A stretch of DNA of 64,000 nucleotides from a virus (IMGVR_UViG_3300018495_000012:2556-66555), one strand, 5' to 3'. Shown: positions 1 through 10,129, counted from the stretch's first letter. Numbers and translations: made by a program. Notes: a model not told the origin generated them from the letters alone.

Positions 1-48
1 AAGTAACTACATAGCAGGCTTGTTGCCGGCGCCGAGGGATGATGATTA

Positions 49-1812
49 ATGGCACTTTCTAATACCGCAACACCTAAGTATTACGGAATGTTCCGCGACG
101 CAGTAATGCGTGGCGAAATACCTGTATGTGAAACTATTTCTCTAGAAATGAACCGAATAGACGCATTAATAGAAGACCCTAAATACTGGTATGACGACCA
201 AGCTGTTCAGGGTTTTATAGATTATTGTGAAAATGAGCTCACCTTAACTGACGGTGATGATCTGTATCTTCTCGATTCGTTTAAGTTATGGGCGGAGCAA
301 ATATTCGGATGGTATTACTTCACAAATCGAAGTATATACGTACCAAACGAGAATGGTCACGGCGGACATTACGTAAATAAGACTATTAAAAAACGCCTGA
401 TAAAGAAACAGTATTTAATTGTAGCCAGAGGTGCTGCTAAGTCCATGTATGCATCTTGTCTACAAAACTATTTTCTGAATGTTGACACTTCTACAACATA
501 TCAGGTTACAACTGCTCCTACAATGAAGCAGGCTGAAGAAGTAATGTCACCGATTCGCACAGCGATTACACGATCAAGAGGTCCTTTGTATAAGTTTCTT
601 ACAGAAGGTTCTCTTCAAAACACGACCGGATCCAAAGCTAATAGAGTTCGATTGGCGTCCACTAAGAAAGGTATTGAAAACTTCCTTACTGGTTCGCGAC
701 TTGAGATTCGTCCTATGACAATCGACAAGCTCCAGGGTCTTCGTGTAAAGATTGCGACGGTTGACGAATGGCTTTCCGGCGATATTAAAGAAGATCCGAT
801 AGGCGCTCTTGAACAGGGTGCTGCAAAAGAGCAAGGTTCCGCAGAAAACAACGACTACCTTATTGTAGCGATAAGCTCGGAAGGTACAGTACGTAATGGA
901 TGTGGCGATACAATCAAAATGGAATTACAGGAGATACTTAAGGGTGACTACCCTGCGAACCATGTCTCCATTTGGTGGTACAAGCTCGACTCGGTTGATG
1001 AAGTTAGTAAACCGGAAATGTGGCGAAAGGCTAATCCTAATTTAGGATTGACAGTAAGCTATGAAACTTATCAGTTGGATGTGGAAAGAGCTGAAAATAG
1101 CCCTGCCGCACGAAATGATATTTTAGCAAAACGTTTTGGAATTCCTATGGAAGGCTATACATATTTCTTTACATATGAAGAAACACTGCCTCATCGAAAA
1201 CGAGAGTTTTGGGGATTGCCGTGTTCGCTTGGAGCCGACCTTTCTCAAGGTGATGACTTTTGTGCGTTCACGTTTTTATTTCCAATGGCTCGAGGTGGCT
1301 TCGGAATTAAAACTAGAAACTACATTTCATCAACAACTTTATACAAACTACCCGCAGCTATGCGAGCTAAGTATGATCAGTTTATGAATGAAGGTAGTCT
1401 GGTTGTTCTTGAGGGTACCGTACTCGATATGATGGAAGTGTATGAAGATCTAGACAACCATATCGCTCAATGCGAGTATGACGTGCGTTGTTTTGGCTTC
1501 GACCCATATAACGCTAGAGAATTTGTAACCAGATGGGAACAAGAAAACGGATCGTTTGGAATCGAAAAAGTAATACAGGGTGCTAAGACTGAATCCGTTC
1601 CTTTGGGCGAGCTGAAGAAGCTTTCTGAAGAGCGGCTTCTTTGGTTTGACGAAGAGTTGATGTCATTCGCTCTCGGTAACTGTATTGCTCTGGAAGATAC
1701 AAACGGAAATAGAAAATTATTAAAGAAGCGATATGACCAAAAGATTGACGCTGTTGCAGCTATGCTTGACGCTTATGTCGCTTACAAACTAAACAAAGAT
1801 GCTTTTGAGTGA
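49..1812 (+). CDS. terL: Terminase large subunit
   Basis: 587 aa; Walker A-like ARGAAKS, Walker B VDEW, nuclease motifs GADLSQGDDF and KIDAVAA; lies upstream of portal. Confidence 0.93.
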   Translation: MALSNTATPKYYGMFRDAVMRGEIPVCETISLEMNRIDALIEDPKYWYDDQAVQGFIDYCENELTLTDGDDLYLLDSFKLWAEQIFGWYYFTNRSIYVPNENGHGGHYVNKTIKKRLIKKQYLIVARGAAKSMYASCLQNYFLNVDTSTTYQVTTAPTMKQAEEVMSPIRTAITRSRGPLYKFLTEGSLQNTTGSKANRVRLASTKKGIENFLTGSRLEIRPMTIDKLQGLRVKIATVDEWLSGDIKEDPIGALEQGAAKEQGSAENNDYLIVAISSEGTVRNGCGDTIKMELQEILKGDYPANHVSIWWYKLDSVDEVSKPEMWRKANPNLGLTVSYETYQLDVERAENSPAARNDILAKRFGIPMEGYTYFFTYEETLPHRKREFWGLPCSLGADLSQGDDFCAFTFLFPMARGGFGIKTRNYISSTTLYKLPAAMRAKYDQFMNEGSLVVLEGTVLDMMEVYEDLDNHIAQCEYDVRCFGFDPYNAREFVTRWEQENGSFGIEKVIQGAKTESVPLGELKKLSEERLLWFDEELMSFALGNCIALEDTNGNRKLLKKRYDQKIDAVAAMLDAYVAYKLNKDAFE

Positions 1813-2869
1813 GGTGAGCGATATAAAAATAGTATACGAAAGTCACCTTTGTCATGCCGCCAAAAGAAAGAATGTTAAGTATATCGCTAGGATCCCTACG
1901 TCTAATGGTAAGTATCGATATTTCTATACCAAAGAAGAATACGACGCTTATATGAATGGTAAAAAACCTAAAGAGTCCAAAAAATCTAAGTGGAACTCCG
2001 TTTCTAAATTCTTTAAGAACATCGTGGCTAAAGCAACTAAGCTTCTTAAAAAATCTAAAAAAGAAATCGGAGACACTATAGAAAAAGGTCGTAAATTCAT
2101 CGATGAAGTAATCTTCGGAAAGAAAAAGGGCGGGCTGTCTAGCATAAAAGAGCGAGCCGTTAAATACATAGCTAAGGTAAAAATGTCAAACGGTAAGTAT
2201 AAGTACTTTTACGATGAGGGCGCATATGAGCGCTATTTGAAGCGTATGGAGTACCAAAAGAACGAACCTGAGTTTATGAAAAAAGTTCCTAAGATTTCTG
2301 AAGATACAGCTTATACAGCAGACGAAGAAATGGCTGAAATAAATGAGGACTATTCACCGTACAATAAAGGCACAAGTCAGAACTGCACTAATTGTACAGC
2401 GGCATATGAATTACGATGTCGAGGATATGATGTTTCAGCGGCAGATTATGAAAATTATGTCATGAATTACGATAACGCTAGTATATTCAGGTTTCCTCTT
2501 TATTATAAAGATGCTAAAACTATACGACTCGATGATACCGGTAAAGAGCATAAGAGCCCTTTAAACAATACGGTAGCGTATAAGCGATATGAGTACGATT
2601 CAAGAACTGTTACTGAAGCCATACTCAAACATAGCGGTAAGAATACAAGAGGCGATATATCTGTAATGTGGAAAGAAGCCTTGGCTGGTCATTCGATGGT
2701 GTACGAAGTTGACTCAAAAGGTAAAGTCACTATCCGAGATTGCCAGACTAACAAAAAATACAACGTAGAAGACATCGTTGATAGGGTAAACGCTATCAGT
2801 ATAACCCGAACCGATAACTTAGAGTTACGAAAGGGAATACTAGATGCCGTCGAGTCGAAAGGAGGATGA
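1799..2869 (+). CDS. Putative virion-cargo protein with C-terminal papain-fold (Tox-PL-like) toxin domain
   Basis: NCTNC (2381-2395), GHSM (His 2690) and IRDCQ (Asp 2738) give a Cys-His-Asp triad; duplicated KYIAxxxxSNGKYxYFY repeat at the N-terminus; start codon uncertain. Confidence 0.65.
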   Translation: MLLSEVSDIKIVYESHLCHAAKRKNVKYIARIPTSNGKYRYFYTKEEYDAYMNGKKPKESKKSKWNSVSKFFKNIVAKATKLLKKSKKEIGDTIEKGRKFIDEVIFGKKKGGLSSIKERAVKYIAKVKMSNGKYKYFYDEGAYERYLKRMEYQKNEPEFMKKVPKISEDTAYTADEEMAEINEDYSPYNKGTSQNCTNCTAAYELRCRGYDVSAADYENYVMNYDNASIFRFPLYYKDAKTIRLDDTGKEHKSPLNNTVAYKRYEYDSRTVTEAILKHSGKNTRGDISVMWKEALAGHSMVYEVDSKGKVTIRDCQTNKKYNVEDIVDRVNAISITRTDNLELRKGILDAVESKGG

Positions 2870-2875
2870 TAGTCT

Positions 2876-3130
2876 ATGAAATTAGAAGAAGCTGTAAGTA
2901 TTATAAAAGAAGAGTATCCAAATTACAACTTAATTAGCGTCGTAGACTACGATAATTATTTTGTATTCAACATTACACCTCCTGATTACGACGTTGAAAA
3001 ATACGGGGGATGGTTTGGCGGGTTGGTAGCAATCGACAAATTGTTTAAGTTATCTATGCATTTTATACCGTTAGAACACGATCCTGTAGCCTATGCAAAA
3101 GCGGTACAAAATAATACTAAATACTTTTAG
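2876..3130 (+). CDS. Putative immunity protein for the upstream toxin
   Basis: 84 aa, 6 nt after the toxin stop, RBS AAAGGAGG; small acidic/aromatic protein; call rests on position only. Confidence 0.45.
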   Translation: MKLEEAVSIIKEEYPNYNLISVVDYDNYFVFNITPPDYDVEKYGGWFGGLVAIDKLFKLSMHFIPLEHDPVAYAKAVQNNTKYF

Positions 3131-3151
3131 ACTGGTGGGTGAAAAATCAAA

Positions 3152-4408
3152 ATGGGTTTTAAAGATAGACTCATACATGCTTGGAATGCATTTTCCAATA
3201 ACAAGGATCCCACTGTGACGTTTGATGATGTACGCGGTAGCTATTATCGCAGACCCGACAGAGTAATACTTAGTCGAGGTAATGAGCGTTCTATCGTCAA
3301 CTCGATATGCAATCGAATTGCTTTAGACGCGTCTGCTATGGATATCCAACACGTACAGTTAGACGAAAATGGAAGATTCTTAGAGGCACTGCCTACCGGT
3401 TTAAATAACTGTTTAACCATGGAGGCAAATGTCGACCAAACAGCTCGTTCTTTTAGACACGATGCTATACTATCAATGCTCGATGAGGGCGTTGTCGCGC
3501 TTGTTCCCGTCGATACCACTAAGAACCCGATGTTGACTGAATCTTATGATATAGGATCAATGCGAACGGGTAAAATCTTAGAGTGGTTCCCACGACATGT
3601 GAAAGTTCAAATCTATAACGATAGAACTGGTGAAAAACAAGAAATCAAACTTCCTAAGAGTATGGTTGCTATTGTTGAAAACCCGTTCCGATCAGTCATG
3701 AATGAACCTAACTCTACAATGCAGCGACTTATAAGAAAACTTAATCTATTAGATATTCTCGATGAGAAAAATAGTTCTGGTAAATTGGATTTGATCATTC
3801 AGTTACCGTACATAGTTAAAACTGATACTCGTCGAGCACAAGCTGAGAAAAGACGACAGGATATCGAAGATCAATTGAAAGGCCCGTACGGTATCGCTTA
3901 TACCGATGGGACTGAACGTATTACGCAGTTGAATCGTCCGGTTGAGAACAATCTAATGGGTCAGATTGAATACCTAACGAGCATGCTTTATAGCCAGTTA
4001 GGAATCACACAGACAATATTGGATGGTACAGCTAACGAAGAGACAATGCTTAACTACTACGATCGTATCATCGAACCTATTGTCGCTGCACTCGTCGATG
4101 AGATGAAGCGTAAGTTTCTCAGCAAGACTGCTAGAACTCAGATGAAATCTATTATGTACTTTAGGAATCCGTTTAAACTCGTTCCTATTAAAGATTTGTC
4201 TGAAATGGCAGATAAGATGACTCGTAATGAGATCATGACCTCTAATGAGATTAGGCAAGTAATCGGTATGAAACCGTCAGATGATCCTAAGGCTGATCAA
4301 TTGATCAACAGTAACCTTAATCATCCTGAAGAATCCCGACCTGGTTCTAATTCGGGCGGTAGCTTCGGTGACACACCGATTAGTCAATTAACAGAAGAGG
4401 AGGAATAA
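3152..4408 (+). CDS. Portal protein
   Basis: 418 aa between terminase and protease-capsid genes; HK97-like portal features (LIIQLPY, YYDRIIEPI, MTSNEIRQVIG). Confidence 0.88.
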   Translation: MGFKDRLIHAWNAFSNNKDPTVTFDDVRGSYYRRPDRVILSRGNERSIVNSICNRIALDASAMDIQHVQLDENGRFLEALPTGLNNCLTMEANVDQTARSFRHDAILSMLDEGVVALVPVDTTKNPMLTESYDIGSMRTGKILEWFPRHVKVQIYNDRTGEKQEIKLPKSMVAIVENPFRSVMNEPNSTMQRLIRKLNLLDILDEKNSSGKLDLIIQLPYIVKTDTRRAQAEKRRQDIEDQLKGPYGIAYTDGTERITQLNRPVENNLMGQIEYLTSMLYSQLGITQTILDGTANEETMLNYYDRIIEPIVAALVDEMKRKFLSKTARTQMKSIMYFRNPFKLVPIKDLSEMADKMTRNEIMTSNEIRQVIGMKPSDDPKADQLINSNLNHPEESRPGSNSGGSFGDTPISQLTEEEE

Positions 4409-4414
4409 ATCAAA

Positions 4415-6271
4415 ATGGATAATTTCGATTATCACTTTAGCGGATATGCCACTCGTAACGATTTGCTTTGTGGCGATGGTCGAACCATAAGACAAGACGC
4501 ATTTAAAGATTGCGACGGTACAACTGTGCCCTTGATATGGAACCATCAGCATAATGATCAGGACGCTGTTCTCGGACACGCGTTGCTTGAAAATCGTAAT
4601 GACGGTGTATACGCATATTGCACATTTAACGATACCGAGCAGGGTAAACACGCTAAGAAATTAGTAATGCACGGTGACGTTAGAGCGCTTTCGATTTGTG
4701 CTAATAAACTTAAGCATATTGGAAGTGATGTTGTACACGGAGTGATTCGTGAACTCAGCCTTGTATTAGAAGGCGCTAATCCTGGGGCTTATATTGATTA
4801 TGTTATGGCTCATAGTGAAGATGGCGAGGATCTCGTGTATGCGAATTATGATGAATCAGCGTTGATGGTTGTATGTCACTCAGCGGATTCAAATAAAGAA
4901 ACAAACAAGGAGAAAGAAAACATGGCTGAAGAAACGAAGGCTCCTGAAACGGAGACAAAAGAAAAAACAATCGCCGACGTTTATAACGACATGTCCGAAG
5001 AACAGCAGCTCGTTGTTCAAGCAATGATCGGCATGGCTATCGAAGACGCAAAAGGCGAAAAAGACGACGAAGAAGTTGAACATTCAGAAGGAGGAACTGA
5101 AGAAATGAAACACAATGTATTCGATAACACAGAAGAAGTAAAATCCGGTAGCGTACTTACACACGCTGACCAGGTGGAAATCCTTAACAACGCTAGAAAG
5201 ACAAGCGTTGGAAGCTTGCAGGCAGCTATTAAGATGTTCGTAGAGGAAAATGAATCACTCGCTCACGGTCTTGACCTCGGTGATGCTGACACTCTCGACG
5301 AATTGCTTCCTGACCACAAGCTCCTTAATCCCGGCGCACCTGACCTTTACGGCAGACCTGACCAGAGCTGGGTTATGGGCGTAATTAACAAGGTTAAGAA
5401 GAGCCCTTATTCTCGCATCCGTACTCGTCATGCAGATGCAACAATCGCTGACTTCAAGGCTAAAGGCTACAAGAAGGGCGAAGAAAAGAAACTCGCTGAT
5501 AACATCAAGCTTATCGGTAGAAAGACAGAACCTACAACCATTTACAAGAAAGACGAGCTCAATCGTGACGATATCATCGACATTACAGATTTCGATGTAG
5601 TTAACTACACATGGGGTCTCATGAAGGAAGGTATGTATGAAACTATCGCACTTCAGACTCTCGTAGGTGACGGTCGTGAAGCTGGTGAAGCTGATGACAT
5701 CGACGAAACAAGCATCCGTCCTATCTGGAAAGATGATGAACTCTACACACATCATGTTGATGTAGATATCGAGGCTGCTAGACAGGAACTTCAGGGTTCT
5801 AATACAAGCGCTAACTTTGGCGAGAACTATGTATATGCTGAAGCTATCATCACAGCATCTCTCTATTCTCGTGAAAAGTTCAAGGGTAGCGGTACTCCCG
5901 ACCTTTACTGCACACCTCACCTTGTTAACGTAATGCTTCTCGCTCGTGACCTTAACGGTCGTAGAATTTACGACTCTAAGGCAGACCTTGCTAGAGCTCT
6001 TAACGTTAACTCTATCATCGAAATCGAGCGGCTCGAAGGTTTGACAAGAAAAGATAAGAACGAGAACACTAAGAAACTTCTCGGTATCTTTGTAAACCTT
6101 GCAGACTACCAGTACGGTTCTACAAAGGGTGGCGAACTCACAAAGTTCAGCGACTTCGATATCGACTTCAACAAGTACAAGTACCTTATGGAAACAAGAC
6201 TTTCCGGTGCACTTGTTAAGCTCGACTCTGCTATTGCTCTCGAAGAACCCGTAGAAGAAGCAGCAGGCTGA
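4415..6271 (+). CDS. Prohead protease - major capsid protein fusion
   Basis: N-terminal HK97-type protease motifs (FSGYATR, PLIWNHQH, ALSICA), acidic linker, C-terminal HK97-fold capsid region (KYLMETRLSGAL). Confidence 0.88.
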   Translation: MDNFDYHFSGYATRNDLLCGDGRTIRQDAFKDCDGTTVPLIWNHQHNDQDAVLGHALLENRNDGVYAYCTFNDTEQGKHAKKLVMHGDVRALSICANKLKHIGSDVVHGVIRELSLVLEGANPGAYIDYVMAHSEDGEDLVYANYDESALMVVCHSADSNKETNKEKENMAEETKAPETETKEKTIADVYNDMSEEQQLVVQAMIGMAIEDAKGEKDDEEVEHSEGGTEEMKHNVFDNTEEVKSGSVLTHADQVEILNNARKTSVGSLQAAIKMFVEENESLAHGLDLGDADTLDELLPDHKLLNPGAPDLYGRPDQSWVMGVINKVKKSPYSRIRTRHADATIADFKAKGYKKGEEKKLADNIKLIGRKTEPTTIYKKDELNRDDIIDITDFDVVNYTWGLMKEGMYETIALQTLVGDGREAGEADDIDETSIRPIWKDDELYTHHVDVDIEAARQELQGSNTSANFGENYVYAEAIITASLYSREKFKGSGTPDLYCTPHLVNVMLLARDLNGRRIYDSKADLARALNVNSIIEIERLEGLTRKDKNENTKKLLGIFVNLADYQYGSTKGGELTKFSDFDIDFNKYKYLMETRLSGALVKLDSAIALEEPVEEAAG

Positions 6272-6291
6272 TAAATCGAGGATAAATTAAA

Positions 6292-6615
6292 ATGGCAAAA
6301 TGGTTTGGTAAAGTCGGCTATGCGACTACAAAAGAAACGTCTCCAGGCGTATGGAAAGAAGTAATTACTGAGCGTGAGTACTTCGGTAAAGTCATTGACG
6401 ATTCTCGCAGGTATCAAGCCGGAGATAAAGTTAATGGGGATATAACCGTTTCGAGTAAGATTAGCATCGTCTCAGATCAGTTTGCCGATGAGAATTTTCA
6501 CTCGATTCGCTATGTGAAGTTTATGGGTGCTAACTGGGCAGTTATTAATGCTCAGCCTAAGCGCCCTAGGCTAATACTGACGTTAGGGGGTTTATACAAT
6601 GGCAAGCAGGCTTAA
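6292..6615 (+). CDS. Head closure / head-tail joining protein
   Basis: 107 aa directly after capsid; beta-rich SPP1 gp16-like pattern (RYVKFMGANWAV...RLILTL). Confidence 0.65.
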   Translation: MAKWFGKVGYATTKETSPGVWKEVITEREYFGKVIDDSRRYQAGDKVNGDITVSSKISIVSDQFADENFHSIRYVKFMGANWAVINAQPKRPRLILTLGGLYNGKQA

Positions 6616-6907
6616 ACTGCATGAGGAGTTATGTACTATCCTTGGATCTAGAAATGTGTATTTTCAACCCCCTGAGTCGGTAAAAATAAATTACCCCGGC
6701 ATTGTATATTCTATAGACGGAGCGAGCATAAAACGTGCTGACAACTCTAGTTATAGAATAACAAATAAATATTCGATTACCGTGATAGATTATGATCCTG
6801 ACAGTATCTTATATTCCAAAATATTAAGTCAATTTTCGTCATGTAGTCTCGATCGTACATATGTCGCAGATAATCTTAATCACTTCGTACTTACATTATA
6901 TTACTAA
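6599..6907 (+). CDS. Tail completion / terminator protein
   Basis: 102 aa before the major tail gene; VYFQPPES...YPGIVY. Confidence 0.65.
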   Translation: MASRLKLHEELCTILGSRNVYFQPPESVKINYPGIVYSIDGASIKRADNSSYRITNKYSITVIDYDPDSILYSKILSQFSSCSLDRTYVADNLNHFVLTLYY

Positions 6908-6921
6908 AGGAGGACTATAAT

Positions 6922-7581
6922 ATGTCTAAACTCGTATGGGATAAAATCGGCGAAAGATACTACGAAACAGGCGTCAAGAATGGCGTGTTGTATGTTTTCG
7001 ACGGTGAAAACAAAAAATATGGAAAAGGCGTAACTTGGAACGGTCTTACGGCTGTTACAGAATCACCTAGCGGCGCAGAAGCTTCTCCCCTTTATGCGGA
7101 TGACATCAAATACCTCAACCTCAGATCTGTTGAGGAATTCGGTGCTACAATCGAAGCTTTCACATATCCTGATGAATTCAAGGTGTGCAATGGTGAAGCA
7201 GAACTTGCGCCCGGAGTTGTTATCGGTCAGCAGAAGAGAAGCGCTTTCGGTTTCTGCTACAGAACAACACTTGGTAACGATATCGAAGAAGGCGACTACG
7301 GCTATAAGCTCCATATCATTTATGGTTGCACAGCGGCTCCTTCCGAGAAAGCTTACGCTACAATTAACGATAGCCCCGAAGCTATCACATTCAGCTGGGA
7401 AATCACAACTACTCCCGTTGAAGTAACTGGCGGTAAGCCCACTTCTTGCATCACTATTGACTCTACAAAGGTTGATGCTGAAAAGCTTGCTACACTCGAA
7501 GCTATGCTTTACGGTTCTGAATCCGAAGAAGCTAAACTTCCTACCCCCGACGAAATTGCAGCTGTTTTCGCAGAGGGTTGA
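6922..7581 (+). CDS. Major tail (tube) protein
   Basis: 219 aa; YADDIKY, GYKLHIIYGC, TFSWEITTTP typical of Bacillota siphovirus tube proteins. Confidence 0.88.
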   Translation: MSKLVWDKIGERYYETGVKNGVLYVFDGENKKYGKGVTWNGLTAVTESPSGAEASPLYADDIKYLNLRSVEEFGATIEAFTYPDEFKVCNGEAELAPGVVIGQQKRSAFGFCYRTTLGNDIEEGDYGYKLHIIYGCTAAPSEKAYATINDSPEAITFSWEITTTPVEVTGGKPTSCITIDSTKVDAEKLATLEAMLYGSESEEAKLPTPDEIAAVFAEG

Positions 7582-7614
7582 TCAATACCTACAGCTCAAT
7601 AAACTAAACCGATT

Positions 7615-7650
7615 GGGTGCCGTATTCAGTTAGGCTGGCGGTGCCCTTTT
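7615..7650 (+). terminator. Intrinsic terminator / hairpin after major tail gene
   Basis: GGGTGCCG...CGGTGCCC stem followed by TTTT. Confidence 0.6.
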
Positions 7651-7682
7651 AATTTTTAAAAAATTTAAAGGAGAGTATAACT

Positions 7683-8117
7683 ATGTTAAGAAAGATTATC
7701 ACATTTAAAGATTACAACGGAAAAGACAGAAAAGAAGAACACTGGTTCAACTTGGAACAGCATGAAGTATATAAGCTTCAGATGGGTGTAAAAGGCGGTT
7801 TGATCGAAACTCTTAAAGAAGCTGTTAGAACTGAAGATTCACCTACAATCATCGAGTACTATGAAAAGATTATCGATGCATCATACGGCGTGAGAGGCGC
7901 TGATGGTAAGTCATTTAAGAAGTCTCCCGAAATTCTCGAAGCTTTCAAATGTACACCTGCTTACTCAGTACTGTTCATGGAAATTCTCACAAATCCTGAG
8001 GCTGCTGACGAATTCACAAGAGGAGTTATTCCTGCGGATGTTTCTGCTAAACTCCCTGCTGATTTGAACGATGCGCTTCCTGAGGACATGAGAGACGTTT
8101 TCGCAACAGGAAACTAA
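7683..8117 (+). CDS. Tail assembly chaperone
   Basis: 144 aa after tube gene, upstream of tape measure; AAxEFxRGVIP near C-terminus. Confidence 0.7.
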   Translation: MLRKIITFKDYNGKDRKEEHWFNLEQHEVYKLQMGVKGGLIETLKEAVRTEDSPTIIEYYEKIIDASYGVRGADGKSFKKSPEILEAFKCTPAYSVLFMEILTNPEAADEFTRGVIPADVSAKLPADLNDALPEDMRDVFATGN

Positions 8118-8143
8118 TATCGAAAATACCGGAGGATTGAGAA

Positions 8144-8692
8144 ATGCTTCAACTTAAAGTGCCACTAGGTCAATTAATGTGGGACCGTACAAAGGGCGAA
8201 TTTATCGAACCCGAGTACCGAATTCTTACTTTGGAGCATTCTCTTGTCTCTCTTTCAAAATGGGAGTCGAAGTGGCGAAAGCCATTTCTCGATGACAAGA
8301 GAAACATGACTACCGAAGAATCAATAGATTATATAAAGTGTATGACACTTACTCAAAACGTTCCGCCAGAGACTTATTTGCATTTAACAGACGAACATAT
8401 GGAAGAAGTATCTAAATATATAGCGGCACCAATGACCGCTACATGGTTTGCGGAAGATAAAAAAGGCGGACGCAATAGAGAGATAGTAACTTCAGAGTTA
8501 ATCTACTATTGGATGATAGCTTTGAATATACCTATGGAGTGCCAGAAATGGCATCTTAATAGATTACTAACTCTTATCCGAATATGCAATATTAAGAATG
8601 CTCCTCCTCAAAAGATGAGCAAACGAGCAACCGCTAGTCAGTATGCAAAGATTAACGCTGCTCGTAGACAAAGATTAAACTCGAAAGGATGA
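8144..8692 (+). CDS. Tail assembly chaperone II / tail-associated protein
   Basis: 182 aa with own RBS GGAGG; TSELIYYWM...WHLNRLLTLI; position before tape measure. Confidence 0.5.
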   Translation: MLQLKVPLGQLMWDRTKGEFIEPEYRILTLEHSLVSLSKWESKWRKPFLDDKRNMTTEESIDYIKCMTLTQNVPPETYLHLTDEHMEEVSKYIAAPMTATWFAEDKKGGRNREIVTSELIYYWMIALNIPMECQKWHLNRLLTLIRICNIKNAPPQKMSKRATASQYAKINAARRQRLNSKG

Positions 8693-8698
8693 TTAATT

Positions 8699-9739
8699 AT
8701 GGCAAAAGTATTTTTATCAGCAGGGCACGGCGGTAGTGACCCCGGAGCTGTTGCTTACGGGTTACTCGAGAAGAACATCAACCTTAATACCATGTTGGCG
8801 TGTAATGAAGTTCTTGTGCGCCATGGAGTAGAGACAGTTCTTTCCCGTACAAAAGATGAGAATGATCCTACATATCAGGAATGTCGCGAAGCAAATGCCG
8901 CCGGCGTAGATTTGGCGGTATCTTTTCATGCTAACGCAGGTCGAGGTGACGGTTGGGAAGGATTCCACTTTAGTACAAATGCTGACGGTAAAAGACTTGT
9001 AATGATTGCCGAAAAGTACATTAAAGAACTTGGTCAGAACAGCCGAGGCGTTAAAGTCGGCGACCATCTGTACTTCATAAAGAATACAAACATGACCGCT
9101 GTATTGTTCGAATCTTTCTTCCTTGATAACGACAAGGATAACGATATCGGTGATACCGTTGCTGAACAGAAAGCTTTCGGCGTACAGTATGCTAAGGCGA
9201 TTCTTGAGTACTTCGGAATTGCTTATAAAGATAATACCGTAAAACCTACCGTAAAAACAATTAACGAACTCGCTAAGGAAGTAATAGCTGGTAAATGGGG
9301 TAACGGAGCTGATCGTAAAGCTCGTTTAACAGAAGCTGGTTATGATTATGAAGCTGTTCAGAATGAAGTTGATGAAATGTTGACTGGTAAAACGGCTGAC
9401 ATTAAACCGATCGAACCCAAACCGGTTGAACCTAAGCCCGAACCTAAGCCTAAAAAGACCATTGACGAACTCGCTAAAGAAGTTCTTGCGGGTAAATGGG
9501 GTAACGGTAGTGCTCGTAAGAAAGCGCTTACAGAAGCTGGATATAATTATGATGCGGTTCAGGATAAAGTTGATGAACTTCTTTCCGGAACAACAAAAGA
9601 AACTAAGAAATCAATAGACGAAATCGCCAGAGAAGTAATAGCTGGTAAATGGGGTAACGGAGCTGATCGTAGAGATCGTTTGACTAAAGCTGGCTACGAT
9701 TATTCTGCGGTTCAGAAGAGAGTAAACGAACTTATGTAA
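8699..9739 (+). CDS. N-acetylmuramoyl-L-alanine amidase (Amidase_3) with three CW_7 repeats (endolysin)
   Basis: LSAGHGGSDPGA, EKNINL, VSFHANA, AVLFES; three (T/S)IxELAxEVxAGKWGNG..R...LT.AGY repeats; Pro/Lys/Glu linker. Confidence 0.92.
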   Translation: MAKVFLSAGHGGSDPGAVAYGLLEKNINLNTMLACNEVLVRHGVETVLSRTKDENDPTYQECREANAAGVDLAVSFHANAGRGDGWEGFHFSTNADGKRLVMIAEKYIKELGQNSRGVKVGDHLYFIKNTNMTAVLFESFFLDNDKDNDIGDTVAEQKAFGVQYAKAILEYFGIAYKDNTVKPTVKTINELAKEVIAGKWGNGADRKARLTEAGYDYEAVQNEVDEMLTGKTADIKPIEPKPVEPKPEPKPKKTIDELAKEVLAGKWGNGSARKKALTEAGYNYDAVQDKVDELLSGTTKETKKSIDEIAREVIAGKWGNGADRRDRLTKAGYDYSAVQKRVNELM

Positions 9740-9751
9740 GGAGACTGTCGC

Positions 9752-10129
9752 ATGATACGTATCACACACAAGGGAGACTTTTCGAAAACTACTAATTTTT
9801 TGAAAAAAGCTAAAGAGGCCAAAGTCCTTAAGATCGCACAGATCTATGGAGAAAGAGGCGTGGCTGCCCTTGCGTCTGCGACACCAGTCGATACCGGTGT
9901 TACGGCTAAGTCTTGGTACTACAAGATCGTGAGCAAGAACGGTTCGACGTCAATTACTTTTTGTAACTCAAATATTCAAAATGGGGTTCCTATAGCAATC
10001 ATATTACAGTATGGTCACGGAACTCGTAATGGTGGTTGGGTGCAGGGGCGAGATTACATCAATCCTGCGCTTAAACCCATCTTCGATGAATTAGCAAATA
10101 AAGCGTGGAAGGAGGTCACTACGTTATGA
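9752..10129 (+). CDS. HK97 gp10-like tail component
   Basis: ATPVDTG...AIILQYGHGT...DYINPAL pattern. Confidence 0.7.
   Translation: MIRITHKGDFSKTTNFLKKAKEAKVLKIAQIYGERGVAALASATPVDTGVTAKSWYYKIVSKNGSTSITFCNSNIQNGVPIAIILQYGHGTRNGGWVQGRDYINPALKPIFDELANKAWKEVTTL

Noticed and set aside
5255-5920. 221-aa minus-strand ORF inside the capsid gene, and other short antisense ORFs in the track
   Set aside because: Fully overlapped by well-supported + strand genes; no independent signals
7683-8692. Programmed frameshift joining the two tail chaperone ORFs
   Set aside because: The second ORF has its own RBS and ATG 26 nt after the first stop, and no convincing slippery site was seen
9278-9670. 40-bp DNA direct repeats in the amidase gene
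   Set aside because: Explained by the CW_7 domain repeats
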